A model generated the notes under the pieces. The model was not told the DNA's origin and searched no databases. It saw only the letters and a program-made list of their open reading frames with translations. Both the position numbers and the translations under genes were made by a program. Shown piece after piece: positions 1-59,678 of a stretch of 64,000 nt of DNA (position 1 is the first letter of the stretch; each line of letters starts with the position of its first letter). The DNA comes from Hormiphora californensis (taxonomy: Eukaryota; Animalia; Ctenophora): NCBI GenBank assembly GCA_020137815.1, contig CM035358.1, positions 5,332,001-5,396,000 on the forward strand, in the 5' to 3' direction.

Positions 1-331
1 TTCCATTTGGTTGTTTGTATCTTCCCTTTTTGCATAGGAATTGAGGAGCCGCGAGTCTGTCTAATGTCTGCTGCTACATTCCCCCCGCCTATCATATCTA
101 AATTTTAATTCGTGTTCACTCGTTTGTTCAAAGGTTTTCTTGCTAGAGATTGCATTTGCTTGCTATAATAATTCTTTGGACTGCTCCTTTTCCTCTAGTA
201 CCAGGGTCGCAATTTGCCTCACTGCACTTCTCCTCTCTTTCTTAGTTCCTACCGGTGTTAGACAATTTGTCACAACTCACTTCCAAAAATCACCTCACCC
301 GGCTCCGTAGAACTATGAAGATTGCAGTGAA

Positions 332-843
332 CTACCAGCTCAAATCCTTTGCTAGTTCGATGGAAATACAAGGACAAAGGGTATACCGTGAAATAAATAA
401 AGGAGCTATTTTCTGCCCTATTTAATTCTTCCAAAGATCTAACCTTATTCCGATCAATTGATGTCCCCGATATATCAACCCTATCACATTGTCGACTCTA
501 TCACATACAATATCAACCCTATCACAATGAGTCGAATTTACACCCCTTACCATTGAAGCGTGTTACTCCAAGTTTTCTACTGATTACTGATTTAGTAAGG
601 TGACATGAGCTATTGTGATGTTCACTAACTCTCCCGGCTGGCCCACTGGACAACAAAAATTCCAGGTTTTGAGTCAAAGTAAACAACATTTACTACGGAA
701 ATACACATCTCACAGAGGTGCCGGACTCGAGTCCTATTATGTTGCATGTTTCCAATCTGTCTGCAGCCTACGTTGATGGCCCCTTTCCAAAGCTGGCCTT
801 GCCTTGTCCGACCATCTCTCACCATGCCCAACAATAACAACAA
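332..843 (-). CDS. possible 3' exons of an unidentified minus-strand gene
   Basis: Phase-compatible GT-AG exons at ~630-843 (5' boundary unclear), 551-586 and 332-417 (stop) give ...VVQWASREIISRKLGVTRFNGQKIAPLFISRYTLCPCISIELAKDLSW*. No family recognised. Confidence 0.3.
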
Positions 844-2554
844 ATGTGAAGTTTTAGTAAAGGGTTAGAACATATATCTGGGCCCTTTTGAGTCACTTGA
901 AGTGTCTAATAGTGAAGAAAAATTTCAAAAAAATTCAACCCTTTTCGAATCTGGCTGCTTCACTCACGACCATCACTAATCAGTGCCGACCATAAATCGC
1001 ATCGAATCTTTAGTCACGACAGCCTTGGGCAAGTCGCGCCCCCTGTTCGTGAACCCGTAGGGCGATCCCCTCACGCAGCCAAGCGACAGTCGACAGTCTT
1101 TAGGGTCCTCCAACCCGGAGAAGAAATCTGGCTGCTTTAACATCTTCCCAGGTCATCCTCCAGTCGCAGCAGTCACAAACAAACAACATCTTGGGATGTA
1201 AACACACGAGTTGGGATTATATTTCGTTTTGCGTGTAGTCGCATTCACATGACTTTGATTGTGTTCGTTCATTGAACTTTACATTTAGCTGCATACAGTT
1301 GAGAAAGTAGCCAAAAGTCAGTTGAAAACTTTAAAAGAATGCTTCAAGACACGTGTCTATTACGCATAATGTGGACATGACATGGATAAAACTGCTGCAC
1401 ATCTGCTCTGTCATTGTAGGGATTTAATTGCTTACCGATTGGCCCATAATATGCATACCCCGTCTACTACTACTACTAAGTATAACCTGTCTAGACTGCA
1501 CTTGATCATAACGGAAAAATGCTTCCATGATCACGTGATATTGTATGATCGATACAACTGTGGGTCTCCAAAGTCCGAAATATTTTTGGTTAGGTCATAC
1601 ATTTGATTGGTTTGATACCCTTGGAAAATGAAACCGCTGCTCAGTGAGAAGGGGTTCCAACTAACTACTTCTCACGTGCATTATAGTCACCAGCTACCGC
1701 GCCTGTCTGTATCCCCCTACTCTTTGAACTAGCTCCGAACTGTCTACCTTACCGCATATCATGCTCCCCTATAGGTCTCCAGCTCAGAGAGGAAAGAATT
1801 AATGATGATCCACTTTTTTCAACGTAAACACTAAATTTGTGACGTAAGCAAATTCCGATGATATCATGGATCACGTGTGAATACTTCTTGAAAAGCCTGT
1901 TCTAAATGATATTGATCTCCATGATATAGCTCAGACTCAGAGGTGCACGGTAGATGCAGGCGTTTGACGTTTTTGAACTGACGTTTAGGTTCAAATTTAG
2001 AAAGCTGTTACTATACTTGCGTCATAGGGCCATCAGCTTGCGTCAAGTATCCGTTGAGATATAACGTCAGTACGTGTTCGGTATATATCTGGGCTTGTTG
2101 TTTGGAGATCACTAGGTAAACAAGGGGTGTACGTGGGGACTGGGGATCAGCTTGGTGATATAGATAGAATAGTATAGATAGATGAGGACGCAGGTCCTAT
2201 TACAACGCGTTGGGAGGTATCACATTTGTGACGTTAATGACTGGTGTAAGGTTGGAAAATATACTTATTCCTAGATCATTTTTGCTGTGTTAGTTTAGGG
2301 AGTCGATCCTCATGGAGAACTCTACAGATAAATTAGGTTTCTCCGGAGTAGATTACAAAACAAAACACCGTGTTTTGCATTTATAGATCATTGTACCAAA
2401 GGTACTTGGATGGTTCAAACTGATTTTGCTGATCTACCCATTCTTGTTCTATTTTTTAGTTCAGCTTGGAGGTAGTTGAGTCGCATGACACTGCATGTGT
2501 CATGAACAATTCAAGCTGAAATTTTCTTAGTTTATCAGGCCCAATACCGCCTAT

Positions 2555-2599
2555 GGATACGGCCATACTCGGTTGAATGCACCCGATCTCGTCCAATCT
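2555..2599 (+). pseudogene. 5S rRNA 5' fragment (pseudogene or 5S-derived SINE head)
   Basis: ggatacggccatactcggttgaatgcacccgatctcgtccaatct resembles nt 1-45 of animal 5S rRNA (..TACGGCCATAC....TGAA.GC.CCCGATCTCGTC.GATCT). Similarity stops there; no A/C box. Confidence 0.6.
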
Positions 2600-3149
2600 T
2601 GCTTATAATGTTTCTGGACCACTGAACTAACTTACAGCTAAAAAATGAACCAGCCATAGTCCAGCCTAGAGATAAAAGTGAACCAAATACCAAAAGATCT
2701 GCACAACCGTAAACTTTTTTGGAGTTAGGTGCGAAGTTCTTACTTTATCTGATCTTGCCTTGAATAAAACAAACCTAATCATAGCTATAGAAATTCCTCC
2801 ATGGCCCATGCTAAACCTCATTTTCACCCCGATACAATGCCGTCTTTTCTGATCCTCCCCCCTTGTCTATTTATGAAACTCTCTCAATTGCTGTTTTTCC
2901 TAATCCCATTCCTATTCCCACACCCCCTTGCTTGGCTCGGTGTTTTTTTTTCGCGTTTCCCTCTCTACAGGCTAAACAAACAAATCGTGCAATGGAATTA
3001 CTCCTTTCCCTTTTATTTAGGGAGGGGAACAGGACAAGGGAGAGAAGGGGAGAGAAGAGGGTGGGCAGTAGCTATCAGATCATTCCCTACTGCAGCTTTC
3101 CCCTCCTCCCCCGCACAATGAGCCTTCCAGCTATCACTTTATGTATCCC

Positions 3150-3159
3150 ATCTCTCTCT

Positions 3160-3240
<81 letters not shown>
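3150..3240. repeat. (CT)n microsatellite
   Basis: Long CT run, followed by GA-rich degenerate repeats at 3375-3457. Confidence 0.95.
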
Positions 3241-3243
<3 letters not shown>

Positions 3244-5348
3244 TGGTTGATCTTGATATTTCTCTCGTATTGTGGGAACCTTTCATTTGCAAGCATTCTG
3301 TATCTAATGCACAGTAGCCCAGACACATATGATGGGTGTTTGTGAGTGTGGGGGGCTTGGAAAGCAGATCGGAAAGAGGGAGACAGAGAGAGAAGGGAGA
3401 GAAAAGGGAGATGGAGAGAGGGGAGAGAGGGAGACAGAGAGAGACAGAGAGAGAGAGGCGGCTTTAGAGAGCTTTCTGGAACATGGTCGATGGAAATGCG
3501 TGTCTGCAATGACTTCCCACTTCTATTTGAGTGGGCCTCTTCTCATGATGATGATGATGATGGACTTGACTTTCATGCATCGGGCTATCAGTTGTTCTCT
3601 TTCTAGCTCTCTCCGTTGCTTGAAATATTAATGGTTGTTAAATGATCGATGCTCTTTTGAATAACAGCTTAAATCTCGATGATCAATTGTCGTTCTCTCT
3701 CTCAGATCGATGATCAATTATATTGTATGAGTTGTTCTCCAATTCCCTATTTCACTGATATTTTATCACGCTCTGAATAACGACTAAACCACACGTTGCA
3801 TCGGTTAAAACAAACAAGGGGGAGAGTCCTCCAATTAGGCTAATTGGACAAATAGGGAGAGAGAGGGAGAGAGAGATAGGGAGAGAGAGAAAGAGAGAGC
3901 TTGCAATCTAAATACCTGTTCACAAAATAAACAATTAGTGCTTACTTAACGGTCAACGAGTTCAATTCGGGGCTCTCTCTCCCTATTCTTGTTTTCACAT
4001 TCGGCTTTCGTTCCACTGCTTGAACAAACACCCTGGATGTCTCCACCCCTTACTCAACAAAGTTTTAGTTTGCTATTCTACTGTACCTCTACCTACCTCC
4101 ATCGCAAGTTGTTTTATTCAAACCCGGAGGGTCGAATAAGGCAACATCCAGGCCAAGCACAACCTGGACTCGAGACTTGGAGTTAACCACCCCAACTTGT
4201 GCAGTTTGCTATCCCCCTGTTCCTGGATTTGAATTGGTCTTTCAGATCTTCATTTGCTATGTTTCTTCACACTGCAAAACCTCCGACTTGATACTGCATT
4301 CATTGTTTATCTTTACCGCGTGGCCCACGGCCTTTGATCTCTATTCTCCAATTTGTCCAGAGCTGCTGCAGGCCCATTTATCCTCCAGAAAGACGCGAAA
4401 ATATCAGCTACGTAGCTACAATACTTTGTAACAGGCCATTGTATACCACTTTTTTTATGTATGTATTGCTTTCTTTTTACGAATTAATGATAACTCGGAG
4501 ATGATCTCTCAATATAATGTCAGAAGACTAGATTATTCAGATTATAATATAACTGATATCGTGATATATGCCGGCGCGTTTTATTATATCCCATGCGTTA
4601 TCCCACTGCACTGGCAAGTGCCCCCGTTGTCTCAATTGAATATTACATAAGTCACGCGAACACATGCAAAGAACTGTTGTTGCTACTCAATACCCAAGAT
4701 TGTTACATATTCCACCTTGTGACATACCCAGACTGTCACTGGACGGCGGATTTTCCCAATATGTTTATCAAAGCTTAGGTCATCAGGATACCCATTGGCT
4801 AGTTTTCGTCTTTCGATCGGTTTTTGAAAACCTCAAACCTGTTATTATAGTAGCACATCCTTTTCTAACGCAACGAAGTTCCTGTTACTGTATATCATCA
4901 TGATATATGGTTTCTTCCTTTTGTTTATTTGCCTAACTATTATCCCAATAACCAAGGAAAACACGAGAAAATAGGACTATTGTCCCGCCTGGCGCCCATC
5001 ATCTCCAATGCCCCAATGACCCCTTGTCATGCATGTTTTCCAGCAACCCTCTATTATAACATATCCCTAACAACGAACGGCCACCACTTCAACGTCCAAT
5101 TCCAAATTATAATAGCGATATAATGGCCTATTACTTCCCATCTCTATTATGGCCTACTTTCCCGCCCTCCATCCATCCCTGTTATCCGGCCTATTCCCGC
5201 ACTATATGATAGCCCTGGCCCATTTCCCTATAAATCCCCGCCCTCCCAGCTCCACTAGCGTCCCCGGTGGCGGGATAAGAGGGCATCTCGTGTCATGCAC
5301 GTCACCTCCTTTATTCTATTGCACGTCACCTGCTTGCATAGCAGCTCC

Positions 5349-5351
5349 CTC

Positions 5352-5409
<58 letters not shown>

Positions 5410-5425
5410 TCTGTCTCTCTATCTC
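5349..5425. repeat. (CT)n microsatellite
   Basis: CT dinucleotide run. Confidence 0.9.
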
Positions 5426-6161
5426 CCTCCAGGATTGCACTGTATTCCATCTTATTTATATTCCGTTCTTATTACTCCAATTTCCACTTTCTAGCTACTG
5501 CAGAGTTTGTATTGCGACACAAATAACGAATAAGGAGATATATGAGACTCCTTTCGTTTCTCTTAGCGCTTGCGCTATCCAAGGTTAGTTCCCAGAACTC
5601 TTACAATAGTTATTTCCAGAACTATAACATCATGGATACTGTCTAGTTTGTTCCATATTTATTCCATATTCATTCTGTCTAGTTTGGACAATTATTCTGT
5701 CGTTCTGAGCTATTCAATAGCTATTCAATAGCGAGTTTTGAACTGGTAAATTAATTTAGCTCACTGAAAAATATTCAATCGTATCACCCCCTTGAGCATC
5801 CTCCGACCTCCAAGCCTTTGGAACGTTTCTTACACGAACACATACACAAGCATTCCAGCTATGAATGTTCCGGAAAAATCTCTGTGCATAAAATATATAT
5901 TTTTTCGGAGTTATTTCCGTTTTAACACCCACCTACTTTATATCTGAGTTTATACTATCTAACTATGTAATACCCCTAGGGAGCACAGTCACAGGGCGAG
6001 CCGGACTTTGCACACTGTATACCCCTTGTTACACCCCGTGGAGTCCACCCAGGGTAAGGCTTGTGTGAAACCAGCAACTATCATATATCTTTTTACCTAT
6101 CTCTTTATCTATTTTTCTTTACCTCTCCACATCTCTCTCTCTCTCTCTCTCTCTCCATATA

Positions 6162-6333
6162 CAGTCGGACCCCGATTTAGGGGCCCCCGATTTAGTGGCA
6201 CCCCGATTTAGTGGCAGGATTTTTTTCCCCCGATATAGGAAACTAACCTTATTTGACCCCGATTTAGTGGACACCCCGATTTAGTGGACAAGAGCCTTTC
6301 CCCCGAGGGTGTCCCTAAATCGGGGTCCGACTG
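6162..6333. mobile_element. Tc1/mariner (pogo/Tigger-like) MITE
   Basis: TIR cagtcggaccccgatttag / ctaaatcggggtccgactg, flanked by TA on both sides; internal ccccgatttag repeats. A related remnant lies at ~39577-39628. Confidence 0.85.
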
Positions 6334-6589
6334 TATATCTCTTTACCTCTATCTCTCTCTTTCTATCGCTATCTCTCTCTCTCTCTATTTATCTGTCTCG
6401 ACAAAATTAGCCCTATCTGATCCCCTATGCAGTATATCCAGACCAGTCATTCGGGCTCTAACAGAACTGATCTGACAAATCAACCAGTCACCCCCTTTTT
6501 CTTTACTACTAATCGAAATATTTTATTCTTCTTCTTCTTCTCTGATTTGAAAAACAAACTATTATTATAACCCCTCCCCCAATATCCAG

Positions 6590-52706
<46,117 letters not shown>

Positions 52707-53893
52707 CTGAACTATCGATGATCGATCTGATTAAATTGACCCTCGAGACACAGAATTAGGGCTGTCCAAACAGTCAGATCTATATATTGTTGAGGGAATG
52801 ATAACTTCTTTTAGTAATTTTTAGCCCCCCGCTACTGTGTAAGTGTGGGAGAGATATAGACTCTTCTATCATGTTGCGGAGTATGTAATATGTATACTGT
52901 TTGTCTGTTTGTCTGTTTGTCTCAATTCAAGAGAAAAGTGCAGAAATGTTTAGTGTGTGACGTGTGTGACGTGTGTGTGTGTGTTTTAGATCTAAAAAGT
53001 GACAGTTGAACAAATATCAGATAATAATAAATATATTCTAGCATCTTAATAATATCTTGTCAGGATTATTCTTTTCTTCAAATCCTTGACATCAGCAAAC
53101 TCATCTGACTTGTTGAGTGAGGGGTCCCACCCTTACTCAACAATTTCTGACAGATCTGTTTGTCCGATCTCATACTGAACAGTCCGATCTCATACTAAAC
53201 AGACCCTTCTCCTGAGTTTGTCTGATTTATTGTGTTTTTTGAGCACAGCTAAAATGTGCCGGTCACGTGTATAGTATGTGATTTTCTTAAAGATATATGA
53301 GGGAGATTACGAGACGACACATTTTGTACAGTTTTCTACACACCCTTTATTAGTTAATGTATGATTAATTACCGAGTTTTGTACTTGTCCCCATAATCCT
53401 GCTGCGCCGCCAGTCCCCGTTTTGATTCTCAGTGCCGGTGCCGATAGACTGTCTGGCGCCGCGACCCATCTGAGCGCCGCCAGACAGCCGATAGACAGGT
53501 CTATCAAATCATAAAGGATCTGTGGCGGTGCCACCCCGATCCGAGCTTGTCAGAAAAGCTTGGATCGGGTTGACGCCACCAGAAATTGAGTACGTCACGC
53601 CCTCTGTGTCCGATGCTTCAGAGGGGTGCTGTTACGCAGCCAACACCAGACACTAGACACTAGAATGTCCGTTCAGATCGGGCCCGATCTGAGTGGACTG
53701 TCGCCGCCAGATAGCCTGTCTGGCGCCGCGACCCATCTGAGCACACTGTCGCGTGCTCAGATTAGAATCAAATTGAGAATCAAATTGGGGTCTGGCGCCG
53801 CCAGACAGCAGATAGCAGAGGATTACAGTTATAAACAATCAAACGATCTCTAAACAGAGTTGTCATATATATATCTGTATCTATTGACTCTTA

Positions 53894-54179
53894 CACGGCG
53901 TCATACACATTTTTATTTGGAATTTCTATCTGGGATTTCTATTTGGAATTTTTATCTGGAAGAACCGCACGTGCAGATGCGCCGCGCCGCGGCTCAAATT
54001 CACGTGCGAGATTAAAGAGAGAGACGCACATTAACGTTGTACGTTTGTCTCTCACTCTCTCTTGAAAACCCGCACGTGCAGATGCGCCGCGCCGCGGCTC
54101 AAATTCACGTGCGTGTTATACAGATTCTGACAGAAAATACGAGTACAAAATTCCATATAAAAATGTGTATGACGGACTG
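53894..54179. mobile_element. MITE with TTA TSD (PIF/Harbinger-like)
   Basis: TTA|cacggcgtcatacacatttttat...ataaaaatgtgtatgacggactg|TTA; internal ~44-bp direct repeat. Confidence 0.7.
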
Positions 54180-54619
54180 TTAGTAGGAGCTGTTTAAGTC
54201 AACACGTGGCAAAAGTCGCGTGCGACCCGAAGTTTTTGAAAACTCAATCGCGCGGCTCAATAAATGCGCGTGAATGACGCGCGCGCAAAATCACAGCATT
54301 AAAAATATAATGGGGGGTGGCGGCCAACATCGGGCGCCGTTACGATCTGGGTGTTTGGTGGCCTGTTTACAGGTGCGCGCTGCCAAAAAAGTTGATTCAC
54401 TAAAATGGCTCTAACCGCCAAACCACTCAACCGTTTTGGCTGATTCAAAGTTTATCTGGTAGGGAATGTCAAGGCCTAACCCCAACCCAAACCCCAACCC
54501 TAACCCTAACCCCACTTTAGCCCTAACCCTAAAAAACCGTTTGTCAGCACTCACGAAACACCCAGATTTTAACGCTGGCCGCCAACATCGGCCTGAATAT
54601 AAATACGTGTAGACACTTA

Positions 54620-55375
54620 TAATAATCAAATCTGTAATAAATTAAATATAAAATGAGTCTATTGCCCCACTTGATACAGCTGCTCGTCCCTGTTGCCCTC
54701 GCCCCTCAATCTACCCCGATGCCCCCTGATGGAGACAGTTATTGATCGCACCATGGCGAATGATAGTCGGAGTCGAAGATAACGGATGCATTGGTCGTAG
54801 GTGTATCCCGTTTTCTTAGCTTTCTTATCGGCTAGCTGTTTCAGTGTCTTTTTGAATTCCCGACCGAGACCCCCCGTCGTGGACATTACCAGAGGTGTAA
54901 ATGACGATTTTTCAACTTCAATGACCCGATGAAGGTAGCCAGTCTTTTTCTCCCTCTCATGTTTTTCATACACTTTAGAGATTGCCTGGTTAGAGTTGGA
55001 TGCCACCCTAGGATTAAATACCCTCACATCAAAATAGGTGTTATCCATGCTAGACCAGAAATCACGTGTACTGATATCTAGGCGAGCTCCATCCGCCGTA
55101 ATAGTTCCCTCTGGGAGACTCATTCCTCGTACATTTAGCAGATGGGGTTCAACTTTCGTGTCGTGACACACATTACTGAACTCACTTGCGATAAAGTCTC
55201 TCACGTTGTTGTGGCGAAAGCATACAAAACCGCCGATCTTACATGAAATTGAGTGATCGATACTATTTTCCTCTCCGCACACGCAGTTGGTAGGCAGTGC
55301 TTCTCCTGTCAGCGGCAAGTTGTAAATAGCTTTACAAAATTTTGTGAAAAAAGATTTGGGCTCTGGAATTTCCAA
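54620..55375 (-). mobile_element. 5'-truncated CRE-clade non-LTR retrotransposon (CCHC knuckle + restriction-like endonuclease)
   Basis: ORF 54659-55375: CVCG..SIDHSISC..RHNNVRD..EPHL..GARLDI..FDVRVFNP..EKK..FTPLVMSTTGG..LSF, the typical CRE C-terminus. No RT present. Confidence 0.85.
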
Positions 55376-55977
55376 AGCAGGTCATCTGGTTTGATTGTTC
55401 GAAACAGGTCACGCGGCGAGAGAAAGTAGCGCTCCCCGGCGGGAGAAAGTAGCGCTCCCCAGGAAAACGGAGAGGGATCTGAGGGCGGAGAGAAAGGAGA
55501 GCTGTCTGAGGCGGCAGGGTGGGCTGGAAAGCAGAGAGAGATTCAGCACAGTACAGGGGAGAAAGAGAGCCGAGGATAAATAGACGCGAGAGTGAATTGG
55601 GCCAGGGATTGGGCATCATCAGATGAGAGATTTGTGGGGAACGCTGTCAGGCCAATGCTCTGACCACAGTTCTCGCACGAGAATGGGTCAGGCCAATGCT
55701 CTGACAGGGGGAACGAGAGCCGGGCACAGAGACTACAAGGAAAGAGGGAGCAAATGGAAAGGTAGCTGGTGTCTGTGTGTCAGTCTGTCTATTCTTTAAG
55801 AAAGGGGAATCTGAAATAACGAAATTTAAATGAAATTTATTATTTAAACAAACATTGCCTTGTTCAACCCCGCTTGAACAAAATAAAACGGACATAAAAC
55901 GGAATGACGTATGAATACATAATGCAATCATTCTTGTTACCTGATCCAATATAAAGCAATTAAATGTGTTAACTTAC

Positions 55978-56893
55978 TGAACTCTTGGCATACAATTGCT
56001 TCACTCCACTCTCCACTCTCCAGACAAGTTGAGACTCCGTTCCCTAGCAACACATGTTTCTTTTGACACTCCACAGTCACTGTAGTTCCGAGTGGTTGAG
56101 CATCCCAGTTCTCCACAATCGATCCAGGGATAGAGAATCCAAGGCATGCAGCTGAAATGGAAAGTTGTTAATTTTGATAATCACAAAGGCGGCATAAGAT
56201 ATCGCGATCGAACAGTATTTAGTTTTTTTTCACTTACATGATCTATAGAATTTTGAGGCTTCATCATTATGCCAAAATGATATTTTGTCCACTACGTCTT
56301 CTTTCCATAAAGCTTCACAGTTAGCTCCCGTAAAGTTGTACGTAACCAAGGTGACCCCGTTGCATTCTATCGTTAAAGAATCTGCTGTCTTTGAGAAAGT
56401 CCAGATCTTTGGTTCTCCAGCCGCTGGTTGGATAGGCAGGGCATCTTCCACAGTGCAGGATCGGAAGTAGTAAGTTATCTCATTTGATAGCAGATTAACT
56501 GCAATCCAACGTTTATATGTATAAAAACTGTTATAAGTATCTTGGGTGTTGTCATAGAGAATGACACTAAGATAGTTGTCAGTACTTGAAGTGGAGTCAG
56601 TTTGGACCTGGAGAGGAACACTCTCTAAATCCCATGGAATCAGGGTACTTCGTACAACTGGCTGCCACGAGGTGTCTGAAACATTTCACTCAATTTACAA
56701 AACAGAGATTAGTTTATGATACTGTGATATAATACACACGCGGTCAGGACTTGGCAAGTTGGTTTATAGCAGTTCGCTTACCTGTTGCCAAATTAGTTTG
56801 AGAGTTGACAGCAGATAGTGAAGGAGGACTATCTAACGTTAGACACCCAGCTAGTATGGCATAACTCAACACAACAGTTAACATTAATAACAT
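55978..56893 (-). CDS. secreted protein: signal peptide + ~145-aa unnamed beta-rich domain + sushi/CCP domain
   Basis: Exons 56782-56893 (MLLMLTVVLSYAILAGCLT..), 56238-56675 (WQPVVRSTLIPWDLESVPLQVQTDS..KIWTFSKTADSLTIECNGV..C..LW..VDKISF), 55978-56151 (CLGFSIPGS..GTTVTVECQKKHVLLGNGVSTCLESGEWSEAIVC). Last exon uncertain. Confidence 0.75.
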
Positions 56894-57609
56894 TACTAAA
56901 TCAGTTTTTGTCATTCCAAAGTATGCATACAATTCGTTTTAGGAATAATTAAGACCTGCCCCTGTGCTTTAAGAAAAAAAGTCGAAAAATAACTGCACCG
57001 TTGTATGAAACTACTAATAGTTAAACGAACTTGCTTTGGATACACTGTTAAGTATATTATACCCTCTCTTATCCCATTGGACCAGAGAAACAGCTCACGG
57101 TCGCTTGTAGTGCGAAAACGGTAATGAAAAACGGAGATACAGTAAGACGACACGTAACCGTGGCCAATCAGGGCGCTAGTACGTGCTGAACACATGCACT
57201 TTTTGCCGCGCGTTATGCACCGGGCCGTGCGCATCCCCTTACTGTGTTCCCATTACGGTAATACGACTACAAGCAGCACTGTAAGGAGGGGTATCCTACT
57301 CAACTTTTTTATGAATATTGAATATTTTATCTAATTAAGTAGTATACTTTTTTAGCTGCTGTACGTGTGGTCAAGGAGAGGGTCTAGCAAGACACGGAGA
57401 GACTCCGAGAGAGTAACAAGTATAGAGAGGAGCAAGGGACAGCAATAGTAACGCTTAGACTTAGCGTTAATATTGCTCTCCCTTGCTTCTCTAGAATATT
57501 CTCGTGACTCTCCGTGCCTTGCTTGAGGGAGAGCAAATGGAAAAGAATTGTTACTCAACAAGAAAAGAAAGGTAGATGATTTGTATGTAAGATCATTCTC
57601 TAATAGTTT

Positions 57610-57625
57610 TCTCTCTCTCTCATAG

Positions 57626-57693
<68 letters not shown>

Positions 57694-57710
57694 CTCTCTC
57701 TCTCTCTCTC

Positions 57711-57755
<45 letters not shown>
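57610..57755. repeat. (CT)n microsatellite
   Basis: Long CT run. Confidence 0.95.
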
Positions 57756-57756
<1 letters not shown>

Positions 57757-58096
57757 CTCAACCTCATTCTCTAGCTCCGTTATAGTAACACAATGGTTTG
57801 CTATACTTAGTAGTTAAGAAAAAAGTAGTTAGGAAAATGGGGAATTGAAAAGGAAAACAGATTATTATTATTAATTATTGAAGCAAGAAAACAGGCCCAA
57901 TGCCCATCATTTACATAATCTGCATGATTGGTTGAATTACCCACCGTGGGCCACACAGACACAGCGCTCGCGGCATGCGTCGTTCCCAGCGTGGTTCACA
58001 ACGTCCAAAACGCGCGTAAAAAGTTAGTCTTGGATGCTGGGAACGACGCATGGGGAGCGCTGTGCGTGTGGTTAGTATGACGGAGCACCACTGTAA

Positions 58097-59040
58097 TATT
58101 TTAATCTTTGTTGTGGTCTAAATATTCCTCACTCATAGCCTGTCCGAGCTTATAGCTCCAAGTGTTTATAGAATCTACCCCTATGCTATGGTGCGAATAA
58201 ATATCTATGACAGTGTGCACTGTGCAACTGCTACCATGCATCCCCGATCCCTATCTAGAGGATAGACGTCTCCTTGGTCTTTCTTGGCACCTCCTGAACT
58301 TTTTTATGGACATTGATATCTGAATTGAGTATATTAACGTGTAATATTGATTAAAAAACGTGGTTCGTGAGACAGGTCACATTGCATACATACAGAACAG
58401 ACAACCCGCAACAGAGATATCATTGCCAGAGTCACAGCGTTACAGTAATTTCTAAAGGGTGTACTATTATATTCTGCTAGGACTTGTTGAGTTGTTGAGT
58501 AAGGGGGAACAAGCTAGGACAGCAACATGCTAATAACATGTATTCACTCACCCAATTTTAATCTTAGTTGTGGTCTAAATATTCCATGGCCTGTCCGAGC
58601 ATTGACCTGACCCTATCATCATTTCTTTCAAAGTTGAGTGTGTGATAACCACCTTCAGAGCATTGACCTGACGGCTTACAGCTTATACTTATAGCTCCAA
58701 CTGTTAGAAACTGCTCCTTCGGTACGAAAAAACATCTATGACAGTGTGCACCTGTTACCATGCATCCCCGATCCCTATCTAGAGGATAGACGTCTCCTTG
58801 GTCTCTCTTGGCACCTCATGAACTTTTTTATGGACATTGATATCTGAGTTGAGTATAAGTGTAATTTTGATTAAAAAACGTGGTTCGTGAGACAGGTCAC
58901 ATTGCATACATACAGAACAGACAACCCGCAACATCGAGATATCATTGCCAGAGTCACAGCCTTACAGTAATTTCTAAAGGGTGTACTATTATATTTTGCT
59001 TGGACAGCAACATGCTAACAATATATTCACTCACCCAATT
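58097..59040. repeat. tandem duplication (~0.5 kb) of intron + last exon
   Basis: 58232-58560 is highly similar to 58757-59040; 58097-58225 is a deleted/degenerate copy of 58556-58750. Confidence 0.85.
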
Positions 59041-59678
59041 CCCCAGCAGCCCTCCACTGGAAGGATCGTTCACTGATCATCACGTAGTTCCTCACGAAAA
59101 CTTTATTGATTTTCTTATCCATCCACTGGCAGTTCGGGTTATCTCTAGTCAATAACACCCTGATCACTGCCTCCCCCTCATTGACATCAATAGAAATGCC
59201 TGTTTTTAAAGCATGAATCGTCCAACTCTCAACATGATCAGGAGAATCAAGAAAATCTCCCGAGAGTTCAGGACAGTTGTTAATAGCCCCATTGAGGTTC
59301 ACTCGAAACCTCCACCTCCTGCCCAACATGTAAACCTCAATTGCACCTCTCCACGTGTTGGGACCAGGGTCATCTGAGTAAACGTAGAACTTGAATCCAT
59401 CTTCAGTGTTGTCCCGGAACCGAAGTTGGAAGCCGTGGGTGGTAAGGGGAAAGTCGTAGATTGGTTGATTTGTCTTGGTTGTGATCCAATCTGGAGAAAT
59501 GATTGTTTGGAGAACTATCATGGGCGATACGTAATATAGAATTCTGTAAAATGAATACTTTAAACAAGTTTAGTTACGAGTTACAACAAACACGTATTAA
59601 ACACGTATTATATATAGTACCTTCCGATCTTGTAAGAACAATATTCGAGATCCACCAGAAAAGTACAACCAATAACAT
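58564..59678 (-). CDS. secreted protein: signal peptide + divergent copy of the same unnamed domain + short Cys-containing C-terminus
   Basis: Exons 59621-59678 (MLLVVLFWWISNIVLTRSE), 59035-59490 (DWITTKTNQPIYDFPLTTHGFQLRF..WTIHALKTGISIDVN..CQWMDKKINKVF), 58564-58751 (stop); all joins phase 1. Confidence 0.65.

Noticed and set aside
2801-3631. ORFs with ERERER/LSLSLS tracts (also 5149-5588, 57352-57714)
   Set aside because: Translations of CT/GA microsatellites.
900-6589. Start/signal-peptide exon of the giant gene
   Set aside because: No candidate with convincing ATG, hydrophobic stretch and phase-2 donor found by eye; it may be short or lie outside the window.
54474-54531. ccctaa-like tract as a telomere
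   Set aside because: Short, degenerate and interstitial; similar to the tract inside the element at 8337-8916.
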